A DNA stretch of 63,758 nucleotides, counting the filler, from Octopus bimaculoides (lineage: Eukaryota): NCBI RefSeq assembly GCF_001194135.2. It is 5 parts of 4 records of this genome, joined end to end, with 100 filler letters (N's around TTAATTAATTAA, not from the genome) between each part and the next. Parts side by side here need not be neighbours in the genome. Positions count along the whole stretch, not along the records: positions 34,059 to 52,941 come from NC_069003.1; 4 more parts are not named here. The stretch is one strand, 5' to 3'. Below the pieces are notes generated by a model. The model was not told the origin of the DNA, did not search any database, and saw only the letters and a list, made by a program, of their open reading frames with translations. Within the stretch, counting starts at the first letter, position 1, and each line of letters opens with the position of its first letter. Position numbers and translations under genes: made by a program. This document shows, piece after piece, positions 34,410-47,449 of the stretch.

Positions 34410-34724
34410 ATACATATAGATATATTTATATATATACATCTACATATATATATATGTATGTATATTTGTGTATGTGTATATACGTGTGTGTGTGTATTCA
34501 TATAGACTGAAACGATGTAAGCATAATATATATTACATTCGTATATGTTTATGTGTATTTGTGTGAGTGCATCTGTGGTGAATACACATATATACTTATA
34601 CCTATATATGTATATTTATGCATACGCACATATACATGTGTATATATATGTATGTACATGTGTGCATATTTATCTGTCTATTAATGTATATGTTTAAGCG
34701 TATATATATATATATACATGCATT

Positions 34725-34900
34725 TCGTGCAGGTGACACGTAAAAGCACCTACTACACTCTCTGAGTGGTTGGCGTTAGGAAGGGCATCCAGCTGTAGAT
34801 TGGAGCCTGGTGTTGCCATCCGGTTTCACCAGTCCTCAGTCAAGTCGTCCAACCTATGCTAGCATGGAAAGCGGACGTTAAACGATGATGATGATGATGA

Positions 34901-34903
<3 letters not shown>
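34725..34903 (+). mobile_element. SINE/LINE fragment with RTE-type 3' end and (GAT)n tail
   Basis: tggcgttaggaagggcatccagctgtag...cctatgctagcatggaaagcggacgttaaacgatgatgat; terminal hairpin plus trinucleotide tail, internally deleted. Confidence 0.7.
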
Positions 34904-34935
<32 letters not shown>

Positions 34936-35175
34936 NNNNNNNNNNNNNNNNNNNNNNNNNNNNNNNNNNNNNNNNNNNNNNNNNNNNNNNNNNNNNNNNN
35001 NNNNNNNNNNNNNNNNNNNNNNNNNNNNNNNNNNNNNNNNNNNNNNNNNNNNNNNNNNNNNNNNNNNNNNNNNNNNNNNNNNNNNNNNNNNNNNNNNNNN
35101 NNNNTATACATATATATATATGAGATATGTGTAGGTGTACGCGGGGTTGTTGTGTTCTTACATGTGTATGGATGT

Positions 35176-35185
35176 ATTCGATATA

Positions 35186-35219
<34 letters not shown>

Positions 35220-35697
35220 CATGTATGTATGATAGATAGATAGATAGATAGTTAGAAACATAATGCACACAAGCACACACACTTCTGTACAGTTCCTGAA
35301 TTCATGATTAACATTTTTTTTTTTTATGGTTTTGTTATTTTTACTCCTACCACTGCTGCTCTTGGTGCTTCTGCTCTCACGGAAGATTATTGCTGCTGTC
35401 ATTATTGTTGTTGTTATAATCGTTATTATTATTGTTGTTGTTGTTGTTGTACTCTGTGCTGTTGTTTATTCGTATATAATGACTGTTGTGGTATTTCGCT
35501 TATATTGATTGATATTCTGAATGTCTGTTTTAATCTGGGTTCGAAAGCGATGCGCCTGTTATGTTGTGGTTTTTGTAGTTGTTGTTGATTATTATGATTA
35601 TTGTTACTGTCACAGGTTTTGTTGTTGTTCTTCTTCATCTTGCTCTCTCTCCTCCTTCCTTTTTCACTTCGTCTTCGTCTTCTGCTTATATATACAT

Positions 35698-35743
<46 letters not shown>

Positions 35744-35928
35744 AAATATACATTATTTTTGAGAATCCACATAAAACAGCTGATGCCAATCTCATTTCTA
35801 TTTACCAAAGATATTCTTTTGTATTTCTTATCTTTTTCCAATTTCACAGTCTTGTAACTACCAAACAACTATGGGTATGTGTGTGTGAGTGTGTGCATGT
35901 GCGAGTGCACTTATATATATATTCGATA

Positions 35929-35964
<36 letters not shown>

Positions 35965-36063
35965 TGCATGTATGTATGATAGATAGATAGATAGATAGTT
36001 AGAAACATAATGCACACAAGCACACACACTTCTGTACAGTTCCTGAATCCATGATTAACATTT
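35176..36063. repeat. ~140-bp near-identical direct duplication (35176-35316 and 35921-36063)
   Basis: attcg(AT)n(GTAT)n(GATA)n gttagaaacataatgcacacaagcacacacacttctgtacagttcctgaat[t/c]catgattaacattt in both. Confidence 0.9.
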
Positions 36064-36185
36064 GTATGTATATATATGTATGTATGTATGCATGTATGCA
36101 CACATGATATACATATATGTGTTTATGTATTCATATATATATATATATATATGCATATCCATATATACGTGTGTGTGTGTGTGTG

Positions 36186-36264
<79 letters not shown>

Positions 36265-36930
36265 GCACACACACGCTACATACATGCATTTCATAATATT
36301 CGTATATGTGTATATCTACATATTTTAACGCATGGAAAACACATACTCACACACACATATATACGTGCGTGTGTATGTATATATATGTATGTATGTATGC
36401 ATGTATGTGTGTATGTATGTATATTCATATATACCCATATGCATATATATGTTTATTCGTATCTCTCTCTATATATATGTGTGTTTGTGTGTGTGTGTGC
36501 GTGCGTGCGTATACATGCATACGTATGCGAACGTATGAACATATAAACATATCTCTGTATATGGGTATGGATGTATGAATGTATACATGAGTTTGTGCGT
36601 GTATGTGTGTGTGTGTGCGCGTGCGTGTGTGTGTGTTTGTGTGTGTATGTATGTGTTTATGCCTCATATTCATCTGCGAAATCCTCCAGCATATACGGAC
36701 AACCTACACGCTCTGTTCCATTGAACGCATTGTAATATATTTAGTATTGTGCAAGTTGCCCCGGTCTTTAGGAAAGAAATATTGCGTTAACTCAATAAAC
36801 ATCAATCTCTGTCTATTTATCTTATCTTTATGACTCTGTATTCTTGTTTTTGTATGTACATGTGTGTATGTATATATGAATGCATATCTGTATATATATG
36901 TATATATACATATATACACACATACATACA

Positions 36931-36999
<69 letters not shown>

Positions 37000-37369
37000 T
37001 CATATAAGTGTGTGTGTGTACGCTTGTTTAGTTATGTATGTAGCTCTATATCTTTGTCAAGCTACAATTATTGACCAAAAGAATGGCATGTACCAAATAA
37101 AGATTGCGTACCTAGTGTTATTGGTCTATCGGTTCCACCTCGAGAGAGGAATTAGCCGATGGGAACGAGGTATACTTATCAAAAACATATCTGCTATATT
37201 TAAATGGGATAGTTGCCTCACAATTCAGTATGAAAGTGTTTGATTGAACATACGTGATATTTGTGTGTCTGAGAAACTATTCTCAATGTAAATCTGTGTT
37301 AATACAAGACCTCCCGATATAATTTCAAATTGCAGCTCATCCGTTAAAACATACATACATAAATAAATG

Positions 37370-37610
37370 TGTGGGGGATATTATTGATGACACCTAGGTG
37401 TTTTCTCCACCCACTAAAATGAATGGAGCTTTGACCAGGGGGATTGATGTCATAAACGGTATCCAACGATCATCGGATGTTTAGACCCTCAACCATAATA
37501 CCCTCTCTTTGGTGAGTCAGTAGATATGGCCAAATCACTGTCCATCATCACCTCGGTTTTATCAATGCATATTTGTCAATGGATCTATCGGCGGCTGAAT
37601 GTGCTCCGCT
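37370..37610 (-). mobile_element. Decayed RTE-type RT fragment
   Basis: AHSAADRSIDKYA / IDKTEVM / KHLGVI remnants (cf. AHSE.DLQ..IDKF..GL.INI.KTEVM..F.YLG). Confidence 0.45.
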
Positions 37611-37646
37611 CCAATTAAATCGTTTTAGTTATTGATATCATTTTTA

Positions 37647-37684
<38 letters not shown>

Positions 37685-37991
37685 CAAATAAGAAAATGGA
37701 GGTAAATTTCTGCTTTATCCCGCCCCCCACACATACCTATTATTCAATTGCGCTACTGCCCTGCAATAGTAAGGATTTCGATATAAAAACGTAGGTATAG
37801 ATCCAGTAGTATATTGGATATTTATTATCCCTTAGATTGTTGTTTAACCTCTAACTCATGTAGACGTATATATATGTATATATATAATTAATAAAAAGAA
37901 AACGGAGAAAAAAGACAAGAAAAAACACGACAACCTGAAGACGTGGTGCATGCAAAGAATTAATAAGACACTCAGAGGAGGAAAGGGAGGG

Positions 37992-38028
37992 TGTTTGACG
38001 TTTCGAGCAAAGCTCTTCTTCAGAAACA
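37992..38028 (-). ncRNA. Minimal type I hammerhead ribozyme (Penelope pLTR-type), intact core
   Basis: Minus: tgttt-CTGAAGA-a-gagc(ttt)gctc-GAAA-C-GTC-aaaca. 5-bp stem I, 4-bp stem II, palindromic ACGT in place of stem III, GUC triplet. Confidence 0.75.
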
Positions 38029-38141
38029 AAAGAAAAGGAAGACGGAGGAAAAAAATCGCCAACAATCCACATTTTGGAATGCGTATATATATACATATAT
38101 ACTTATATTTATGTATATATACATATATAAATATATAATTT

Positions 38142-38346
38142 ATCATACACAGTGAATAAATGCCGGCGATCAATAGGCCAGTTACTGCGGGATTTGTCTT
38201 GGGAGAATATCTTTTATGGGACTTACTGAGTTGAAAACAAAATATCAGAGAGAGAGGGGGTGTGACGAATTCTCAACCAAACGTGTTTTAGCCGAAAATG
38301 CCAAATACATCTGTCCCTCTCGCCGACTGCTGTCGAACGAATTTTC

Positions 38347-38406
<60 letters not shown>

Positions 38407-38592
38407 TTCTTTCTCTCTCTCTCTCTCTCTCTCTCCATTTCCCTCTCCCTCTCTCTCTATCTTTCTCTCTCTCCATCTCCCTCTCCCTCTGATATTTATT
38501 GTTTCTCACACAGCAAGTTCAAAAGAGATGTCATCTCAAAATAAATACTGTAGTAACTGGCCTATCAACAGCGTGTATAAATTATGTATGAT
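38142..38592. mobile_element. ~450-bp foldback/MITE with ~110-bp imperfect TIRs and internal (TC)n
   Basis: ATAGGCCAGTTACT (38173-38186) is the exact reverse complement of 38552-38565; arms align further through aaatatcagag. Confidence 0.7.
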
Positions 38593-39866
38593 GCATAGAT
38601 GACTATTTTAATTCAAATAGTACTTAATTCCAATAACTATATATGCATCATACTTNNNNNNNNNNNNNNNNNNNNNNNNNNNNNNNNNNNNNNNNNNNNN
38701 NNNNNNNNNNNNNNNNNNNNNNNNNNNNNNNNNNNNNNNNNNNNNNNNNNNNNNNNNNNNNNNNNNNNNNNNNNNNNNNNNNNNNNNNNNNNNNNNNNNN
38801 NNNNNNNNNNNNNNNNNNNNNNNNNNNNNNNNNNNNNNNNNNNNNNNNNNNNNNNNNNNNNNNNNNNNNNNNNNNNNNNNNNNNNNNNNNNNNNNNNNNN
38901 NNNNNNNNNNNNNNNNNNNNNNNNNNNNNNNNNNNNNNNNNNNNNNNNNNNNNNNNNNNNNNNNNNNNNNNNNNNNNNNNNNNNNNNNNNNNNNNNNNNN
39001 NNNNNNNNNNNNNNNNNNNNNNNNNNNNNNNNNNNNNNNNNNNNNNNNNNNNNNNNNNNNNNNNNNNNNNNNNNNNNNNNNNNNNNNNNNNNNNNNNNNN
39101 NNNNNNNNNAGAACAGTGAAACAAAAGATAGGGCACACAAATGTCTAGAACCGAATTGAAATTAAAACTGAACAAAACTATATTCACTCTTACAATAGCT
39201 ATTCAATAGTTGGTCAATGGCTACCAATTGGTTATTCAATCTTTATCTATACAACATATTTAATGGTCAAGTATTGTTGAAAAGCCAGAGGTTGCAGTTT
39301 TCCGTCCGGGAATTATCCCTTTATAGGCGTATAAAAGACTATTCTCCTGAGCTAACTGGCACGAAATCATCTCGGGAGCGACAGTTAAATCGACAGATTT
39401 CGCTGTTTTTGCGACTTTAAGTGTCACGTACTCGAGTCACATCCGAAATGAGATCGAATCGGTCAATGTGAAGTATGTAGAGAGTATATAAACTATACAA
39501 TGGTATATAATGCCACCGCATGAGCGGGATAAAGTTCGAATTATGCAATAGAAACAAATCCAGAATAAATTAATACCACATACTAAACGTATTTGTATCG
39601 TTGAAAAGCCAGAAATTGTAGAATTTCGTGCGTGAGGAATCCTTTTATTGGACGTATTGTGTTTAACACATATTACTTCAGAGCTAGGCCAAACGAAATC
39701 ACCCCAGAAATGACTGCGAGAGCAACAGATAGGCATTTCACCGATTTTGCAGTTTGTCAATGCTCGTGTCACGAAACGAGATCGAATTAGCCAGTACATG
39801 GCGATGAAAGAAGTAAATGATAAAATCTATATGCATACATACTTACATACATACACACACACACAT

Positions 39867-39903
<37 letters not shown>

Positions 39904-40126
39904 GACAGACAGACAGACATACAGACAGACAGACAGGCAGGCAGGCAGGCAGACAGACAGACAGACAGACATAGCTCTTATGTTGTATTTGGCTACCACA
40001 TAAAGGTAATGTGTTGTGCAGAAACAAATGTTGTGTCCTACTATTAAAGCTTGATACCCTCCATGCGTGTGTTATATTAATCTTTTATATATGTATATAC
40101 ATTTGTATGTAATACATTCTTATGTG

Positions 40127-40262
40127 TTATTTCTTTACTACCCACAAGGGGCTACACACAGAGGGGACAAAGAAGGACAGACAAACGGATTAAGTCGATT
40201 ATACCGACCCCAGTGCGTAACTGGTACTTATTTAATCGACCCCGAAAGGATAAAAGGCAGAG
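40127..40262 (-). mobile_element. SINE family A (tail type 1), 5'-truncated
   Basis: Matches the 3' 135 nt of the 10808 copy. Confidence 0.9.
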
Positions 40263-41180
40263 TCTTATGTGTGTGCTTGTGTATGTGTGTGTGTGTGCGC
40301 GCGTGCGTGTGTGTAAACTTTATATATATATAATAAATAATAAATTAGTATATGCATATATACGTACAGGTATGTACATACCTACATCTACCTGTATATA
40401 TAGGTGCATATCTGGGTACAGGACATTGCAAACAACAAAACGTAGACAAAAAAACAATAATAACCATAGTACAGAGAACACACAGGCCACATAGAGAACA
40501 TTTTCCCTCATCAGCTTCCCCCATTCTATATATATATGCATCTATATACTATACACAATATTGTCTCACACGACCATTAGTCAGATCTCGATAGACACGC
40601 ACATCTGTCACACTTGATCGTCGATTAGTGACACGGTTTAGGGTCATTTCGAGAAGAGAAAAGAACAGAAAGACAGATGAAAGCAAACTCCGAGTACAGA
40701 GCGAGTGAGTTATTGACGCACTAATTACAAATTAATGGATAATTACTGAACTTGTACTTTTCGTATCAAAACTAAACAAATGAAAGACAATTGTTAATCT
40801 CGAGTTATTTGATATTAGAGCGCAGAGAGTATACAAAAATTCCACAAGACATTGTATCATACACATATATACATACGTGTGTATCTTTGTGAGTATATAT
40901 GTGTGTGTATGTATTTCGTTTAGGCATTCTGAGACTAATAAGCTGGTGTAGAACTCAGTATATGTATGTTTCAAAACAAAGTGTTAGACGAGTACATAAC
41001 AAAAAGAGATGACACAGGAAAAAACAATGGTTATGTTATGCAATTTATTTGGGATAAAAGTGCAATTTATTTGGGATAAAAGATGGTATTTGTGGAATAT
41101 ACAAAGGCATTACCAGTGATAGATAGACAGACAGACAAACAAACAGATAGACAGACAGACAGACAGACAGAAAGATAGAT

Positions 41181-41249
<69 letters not shown>

Positions 41250-41408
41250 TAGATGAGTGTACATGTATATGTGTGTGTATGTGTATGTGAGTGTTTTTCT
41301 GTATAGATATTTACGCATACAAATAGTGACATAGAAACATGTGCGTGTATATATACATATATAAATATATCTGTCTATTCATTTGTATAAATACACACAC
41401 ACACACAC

Positions 41409-41487
<79 letters not shown>

Positions 41488-42371
41488 NNNNNNNNNNNNN
41501 NNNNNNNNNNNNNNNNNNNNNNNNNNNNNNNNNNNNNNNNNNNNNNNNNNNNNNNNNNNNNNNNNNNNNNNNNNNNNNNNNNNNNNNNNNNNNNNNNNNN
41601 NNNNNNNNNNNNNNNNNNNNNNNNNNNNNNNNNNNNNNNNNNNNNNNNNNNNNNNNNNNNNNNNNNNNNNNNNNNNNNNNNNNNNNNNNNNNNNNNNNNN
41701 NNNNNNNNNNNNNNNNNNNNNNNNNNNNNNNNNNNNNNNNNNNNNNNNNNNNNNNNNNNNNNNNNNNNNNNNNNNNNNNNNNNNNNNNNNNNNNNNNNNN
41801 NNNNNNNNNNNNNNNNNNNNNNNNNNNNNNNNNNNNNNNNNNNNNNNNNNNNNNNNNNNNNNNNNNNNNNNNNNNNNNNNNNNNNNNNNNNNNNNNNNNN
41901 NNNNNNNNNNNNNNNNNNNNNNNNNNNNNNNNNNNNNNNNNNNNNNNNNNNNNNNNNNNNNNNNNNNNNNNNNNNNNNNNNNNNNNNNNNNNNNNNNNNN
42001 NNNNNNNNNNNNNNNNNNNNNNNNNNNNNNNNNNNNNNNNNNNNNNNNNNNNNNNNNNNNNNNNNNNNNNNNNNNNNNNNNNNNNNNNNNNNNNNNNNNN
42101 NNNNNNNNNNNNNNNNNNNNNNNNNNNNNNNNNNNNNNNNNNNNNNNNNNNNNNNNNNNNNNNNNNNNNNNNNNNNNNNNNNNNNNNNNNNNNNNNNNNN
42201 NNNNNNNNNNNNNNNNNNNNNNNNNNNNNNNNNNNNNNNNNNNNNNNNNNNNNNNNNNNNNNNNNNNNNNNNNNNNNNNNNNNNNNNNNNNNNNNNNNNN
42301 NNNNNNNNNNNNNNNNNNNNNNNNNNNNNNNNNNNNNNNNNNNNNNNNNNNNNNNNNNNNNNNNNNNNNNN

Positions 42372-42407
<36 letters not shown>

Positions 42408-42440
42408 GATAGATAGATAGATAGATAGATGAGGAGGAGG

Positions 42441-42673
42441 CACCTTCGGTCATGAATGACCATGGGGTTGCACCTAAAAAGTTACCCTCCCGGGCACAAG
42501 TGCTGGCAAGTTTATTTATGGAAGGCCAGCAGTCACCCATGCATACTAGCCTCCCCTCTCCACACCACCGATGTTGTCCAAGAGAAAGGCAAAGGCCGAT
42601 ACAGCTTGGCACCAGTGATGTTACAACTCATTTCCACAGCTGAGTGAACTGGAGCAACGTGAAATAAAGTGTC
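42441..42673 (-). mobile_element. SINE family D, 5'-truncated (3' module variant 2)
   Basis: Aligns over its length with 32446-32680. Confidence 0.85.
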
Positions 42674-42739
42674 ACATTTCAATATGTGACCGCGTGTGTA
42701 TTTTCCTTCTCCGTCTTCCCTTCTTTGAATTTTTCCTAT

Positions 42740-42774
42740 ATTTCTGATGAAGAGCTCCGCTCGAAACGTGAAAT
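42740..42774 (+). ncRNA. Minimal hammerhead motif, cleavage triplet GUG (probably inactive)
   Basis: attt-CTGATGA-a-gagc(tcc)gctc-GAAA-C-GTG-aaat. Flanks (ctccgtcttcc; cc..ttcc..ctgag) are shared with the 37992 copy. Confidence 0.7.
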
Positions 42775-43542
42775 CCCCTTTCTTTTCTTTCCTTTCCTGA
42801 GCATATACATATATATATATGTATGTATGTATGTATGTATATNNNNNNNNNNNNNNNNNNNNNNNNNNNNNNNNNNNNNNNNNNNNNNNNNNNNNNNNNN
42901 NNNNNNNNNNNNNNNNNNNNNNNNNNNNNNNNNNNNNNNNNNNNNNNNNNNNNNNNNNNNNNNNNNNNNNNNNNNNNNNNNNNNNNNNNNNNNNNNNNNN
43001 NNNNNNNNNNNNNNNNNNNNNNNNNNNNNNNNNNNNNNNNNNNNNNNNNNNNNNNNNNNNNNNNNNNNNNNNNNNNNNNNNNNNNNNNNNNNNNNNNNNN
43101 NNNNNNNNNNNNNNNNNNNNNNNNNNNNNNNNNNNNNNNNNNNNNNNNNNNNNNNNNNNNNNNNNNNNNNNNNNNNNNNNNNNNNNNNNNNNNNNNNNNN
43201 NNNNNNNNNNNNNNNNNNNNNNNNNNNNNNNNNNNNNNNNNNNNNNNNNNNNNNNNNNNNNNNNNNNNNNNNNNNNNNNNNNNNNNNNNNNNNNNNNNNN
43301 NNNNNNNNNNNNNNNNNNNNNNNNNNNNNNNNNNNNNNNNNNNNNNNNNNNNNNNNNNNNNNNNNNNNNNNNNNNNNNNNNNNNNNNNNNNNNNNNNNNN
43401 NNNNNNNNNNNNNNNNNNNNNNNACTTCATTGGTAGCTCACCTGCAAGTAAGCAGCTCGCTTGAATTCTCTCTATATATAGAGAGATAAGCATATATATA
43501 TACAAATCCGTGCACACACGCGTGCATATATACTATCTGTTA

Positions 43543-43692
43543 TCTTTTATTTGCTTCAATCATTTGACTGCGGCCTTGAAGGGTTTTAGTCGAACAAATT
43601 GAATCGAACCCAGGAATTATTTTGTTTTAAACCTGGTACTTATTTTATCGGCACTCTTTTTTCAAGCGGTAGTGAAGGACAACCACAGACAC
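43543..43692 (-). mobile_element. SINE family B 3' half, internally deleted
   Basis: tcaatcatttgactgcggcc..ttttagtcgaac..cctggtacttattttatcgg. Confidence 0.7.
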
Positions 43693-44313
43693 GATCACAC
43701 ACGCACAAAGACACACACATACGTACATAAAAGATGCATATATGTGCGTGTGCGTGTTTGCGTAATATGCAGACACCCTCATACATTCATCCATGCACAT
43801 GCATATACCAGACTAGATACTCGCCAACATCAACATGACCACTACAGCTACCACCACCACCACCATCACCACAGCCAACACCAGAATACATCCACCGCAC
43901 CACCATCGTTTGCAGCTGAATCTTCAGTTTCAAAATGGCTGCCATCTCACAGTAATAAACAGTCACACTTAATATATAACAAAATGTTATAACCATATGT
44001 ATGACGTCAACGTCATTAATCCGTATCGTTTCGCTGGTATGGTGGTTGGTTAGGTGAAGGGGAAAAGGAGGGGGGAAAGGCAGAATGGAGTGCTGAATGG
44101 TTGGGTGGTGTGTGGAGTAAGCCAAATAGAGTGAGGGACAAACGGACGGAGAGGCGGGCGGAAGGCGTTGGGTGGAGGTGAGTGGCCACGATGCTTAATA
44201 GGTTCTCCACAGAAATATATAGACATATGTGTGTGCATGTGTGTGTGTGCGTGTGTATATATATGAATATATATGCATATGTACACATATATACATACAT
44301 ACATAATACATAC

Positions 44314-44363
<50 letters not shown>

Positions 44364-45340
44364 NNNNNNNNNNNNNNNNNNNNNNNNNNNNNNNNNNNNN
44401 NNNNNNNNNNNNNNNNNNNNNNNNNNNNNNNNNNNNNNNNNNNNNNNNNNNNNNNNNNNNNNNNNNNNNNNNNNNNNNNNNNNNNNNNNNNNNNNNNNNN
44501 NNNNNNNNNNNNNNNNNNNNNNNNNNNNNNNNNNNNNNNNNNNNNNNNNNNNNNNNNNNNNNNNNNNNNNNNNNNNNNNNNNNNNNNNNNNNNNNNNNNN
44601 NNNNNNNNNNNNNNNNNNNNNNNNNNNNNNNNNNNNNNNNNNNNNNNNNNNNNNNNNNNNNNNNNNNNNNNNNNNNNNNNNNNNNNNNNNNNNNNNNNNN
44701 NNNNNNNNNNNNNNNNNNNNNNNNNNNNNNNNNNNNNNNNNNNNNNNNNNNNNNNNNNNNNNNNNNNNNNNNNNNNNNNNNNNNNNNNNNNNTCTAACCA
44801 TTTCTCTTTTCAAAATTCTTATTGCTGTTATTGTTGTTGTTTTAAATTAGCCCCAGGTCAGCTCTGTTTGAGTTGAAAGATGATCAAAAGCATCCCAGCA
44901 GCGACAATCAGTAGTTTCGTAAATCTACGCCTACATTAGCTAATGTAGCTCATCTGTTCTTTTTTTATTTATTTATTATTTATTATTTTTGCTTTTTGAT
45001 TTTTTAATTTTTTTTTATTTAGACGAAAGGCTGGGGTTCGACTTCTCTTTCTAACAGATTGATTGACAAGGTTCTGCGCTTGTCCTCATTCATATATCTT
45101 TGCTATTTTTGCTCTCATCTTTATTGCAATAATTACGACTTTTTTGTTGCCAAGGTTATTAGTATTCCTGTTATTGTTGTTGTTGTTGTCATCGGACTAT
45201 CTTCTGTTGATGCAATTATTGTTGTTCTTCTTAGTGTTGTGTTTGCTGTTACCAATGGTGATGGTGTTCGGTTGTATTTTTTGTTTGTTTTGCATGGAGT
45301 TTTTTTTTTGTTATTTGCTATAGCTGCCTTAGCGTAGAAG

Positions 45341-45521
45341 AGGCACATCGCTTAACGGTTATGGTGTCGGATTCATGATCGCAAGATTGTAGTTTCGATT
45401 TCTGGAGCAGGGGAGTGGATGTGTTATGTTCTTGAGCTAAGTATTTCATTTCACGTTGCCTCTGTCTCCTCAACGAACAAAAGTGAGTAATCTTGTGATG
45501 GATTGTGTACCGTCCAGGGAG

Positions 45522-45559
<38 letters not shown>

Positions 45560-45587
45560 ATGCCAGCAAATCCGGGAAACTGGCCTT
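45341..45587 (+). mobile_element. SINE family D, diverged (3' module variant 3) with internal (AT)n
   Basis: Head ggcacatcgcttaacggtt..gtttcgatttctgg; gttcttgagctaagtatttcatttcacgttg; gagtaatc..ccgtccaggga. Confidence 0.7.
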
Positions 45588-45597
45588 ACTGCTACCT

Positions 45598-45770
45598 TAG
45601 GGCACACGTTCACTGGGTAATAACCTGAGGGCCTCAAAGATGGAGGGGTTTAATTAATAAATTTATTAATATTGCAATCTATCTGTACTGTGGTTTGAAG
45701 TCAAATAAATACTATAGGGCCCATTTCCTTGATTTGCCCGGGGGCCTATAATGCTGCAAAGATGGCCCTG
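45598..45770. mobile_element. Possible hAT-type MITE remnant
   Basis: Ends tagggc... and ...ataatgctgcaaagatggccctg resemble CAGGGCC-type TIRs; no clear TSD. Confidence 0.35.
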
Positions 45771-45811
45771 ATTGTTGTTGTCAGTGCAGTTGTTATTTCT
45801 TCTATTGAGAG

Positions 45812-46034
45812 GGCGGTGAGCTGGCTGGGTTGTTAGCATGCCGGGTAAAATGCTTAGCAGAATTTCGTCCTTCTGAACGTTCTGGATTCAAATCCCACCG
45901 AGGTTGACTTTGTCTCTCATCCTTTCGGGTCGATAAAATAAGTACCAGTACATCTCTGGGGTCGATCTAATAAACGTGCCTCCTCCACTCCCGAAATTAC
46001 CGGCCTTGTGCCATACTTTGAAACTGTTATTACT
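45812..46034 (+). mobile_element. SINE family A (tail type 2)
   Basis: ggcggtgagctggc head; cctttcgggtcgataaaataagtaccag; ggccttgtgccatactttgaaac. Confidence 0.85.
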
Positions 46035-46645
46035 GGCGTTGGAGTTGTCGATTGTCCTGTTGTTGTTAATATTGCTGTACTCAGTATTGTTGTACTTTCT
46101 GCTGTTGTTTTCAAGATTGTTCTTCCGGTCGTTCATGCTAATACTCTCGTTGTCATCCTTAGTACAGTCATTGTTGTTGCTATTGTAGTTGTTGTCATTG
46201 TTTTTATTATTGTTGTTATCGATAATACCGTTCTTGTCGTTGTTGTTGTTGTTGTTGTGCTTGGTATGATTTACTATTATGCTGATTAAGGACATTTAAA
46301 ACACAGCCGTAGTCACACAACGAGTAATTGGATATCACCAGACAGCATAAAACACAAGTACACACACACACATACACACAAATAGTCATAAACATATTTG
46401 CACACATCACAAACACAACAAGTCCACTAGAGGACACATATACCACAAAAATCGCAAGTACTTTAAACAGATCAGATCTCTATCTAACAATACAGGCCAC
46501 AGAAATAAGCACCCACACACACGCACATACACACACACACACACAGACACACACACATACACACACACAAGCAAACACACAAGCACACATACAAACACGC
46601 GCGCGCAAGCCTGGAACAAACGTTATAGATAATCAAATACATATG

Positions 46646-47050
46646 GCTAGGTTGTATGGTTAAGAAGGTAAATTTTCAACCACGTGGATTCGGGTTCAGG
46701 CATCCTTCCTTGCGGCACCCTGCGCACAGGTCTTCTACTGTAGCCCTAGGCCGACCAATGCCATGTGAAAGAAAGTTTCGTGCAGGGGAACTGTGTGGAA
46801 GTATAGATAACGTAAAAGAAATACATGTCTATAAGAGAGTGTCTTTCTGTCTGTGTCCCCACTCACATACAAACACAAACCGCTTGGCAGCTGGTATTGG
46901 TTTGTTTATGTATCACTAAAGGAGAGCGCTAGAGTAACTACCAATCATTAAAAAAATATACAGCGGCGTCGATTTGTACGATTAAAACCCTTAAAAGCTG
47001 TGCTCCAGCATGGCTAAAGTACTGTGACTGAAATAAATGAAAGACAATAG
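46646..47050 (+). mobile_element. SINE family B, full length, strongly diverged
   Basis: cgggttcag; ggtcttctactgtagccctaggccgacc; ccgcttggcagctgg; gtgctccagcatggc..tgactgaaa. Confidence 0.7.
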
Positions 47051-47282
47051 AAGCAAATATGTATGTGTGTATGTATGTATGTATGTATGTGCCTACGTTT
47101 GTATTTATGTATGTATGTGAAAGAAGCGGAGGATGACTACGACAGAACCCAACAGCTGAACCAGCGGATAAATAGTGCTACGCATGATGGATATGCTACA
47201 GAAGGTGACACACCTGCATGTCTCATTCCATATGTGCCCTAGAGGGAAGTCATAAAATCAAGTGTGGGTAGGTCATTTCCTG

Positions 47283-47449
47283 CCTGGGCCGGCCATATGT
47301 TTGCTGGCGCCGCGGCCAAGCTCAACTTCGCCACCCTTACAAGTATTATTTTTTAAAACTTTTATAAGTAGAAAACTGAAAACGTTGACAAAAAAGCACA
47401 TGGCGCCGCGGGCGACTGCCCGAGTTGCCGGTACCTTGAGCTGGCCCTA
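47283..47449. mobile_element. GC-rich hAT-type MITE
   Basis: Imperfect TIRs ctgggccggc / gctggcccta; 8-bp TSD-like a[t/c]ttcctg (47275-82, 47450-57); internal tggcgccgcgg twice. Confidence 0.55.
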
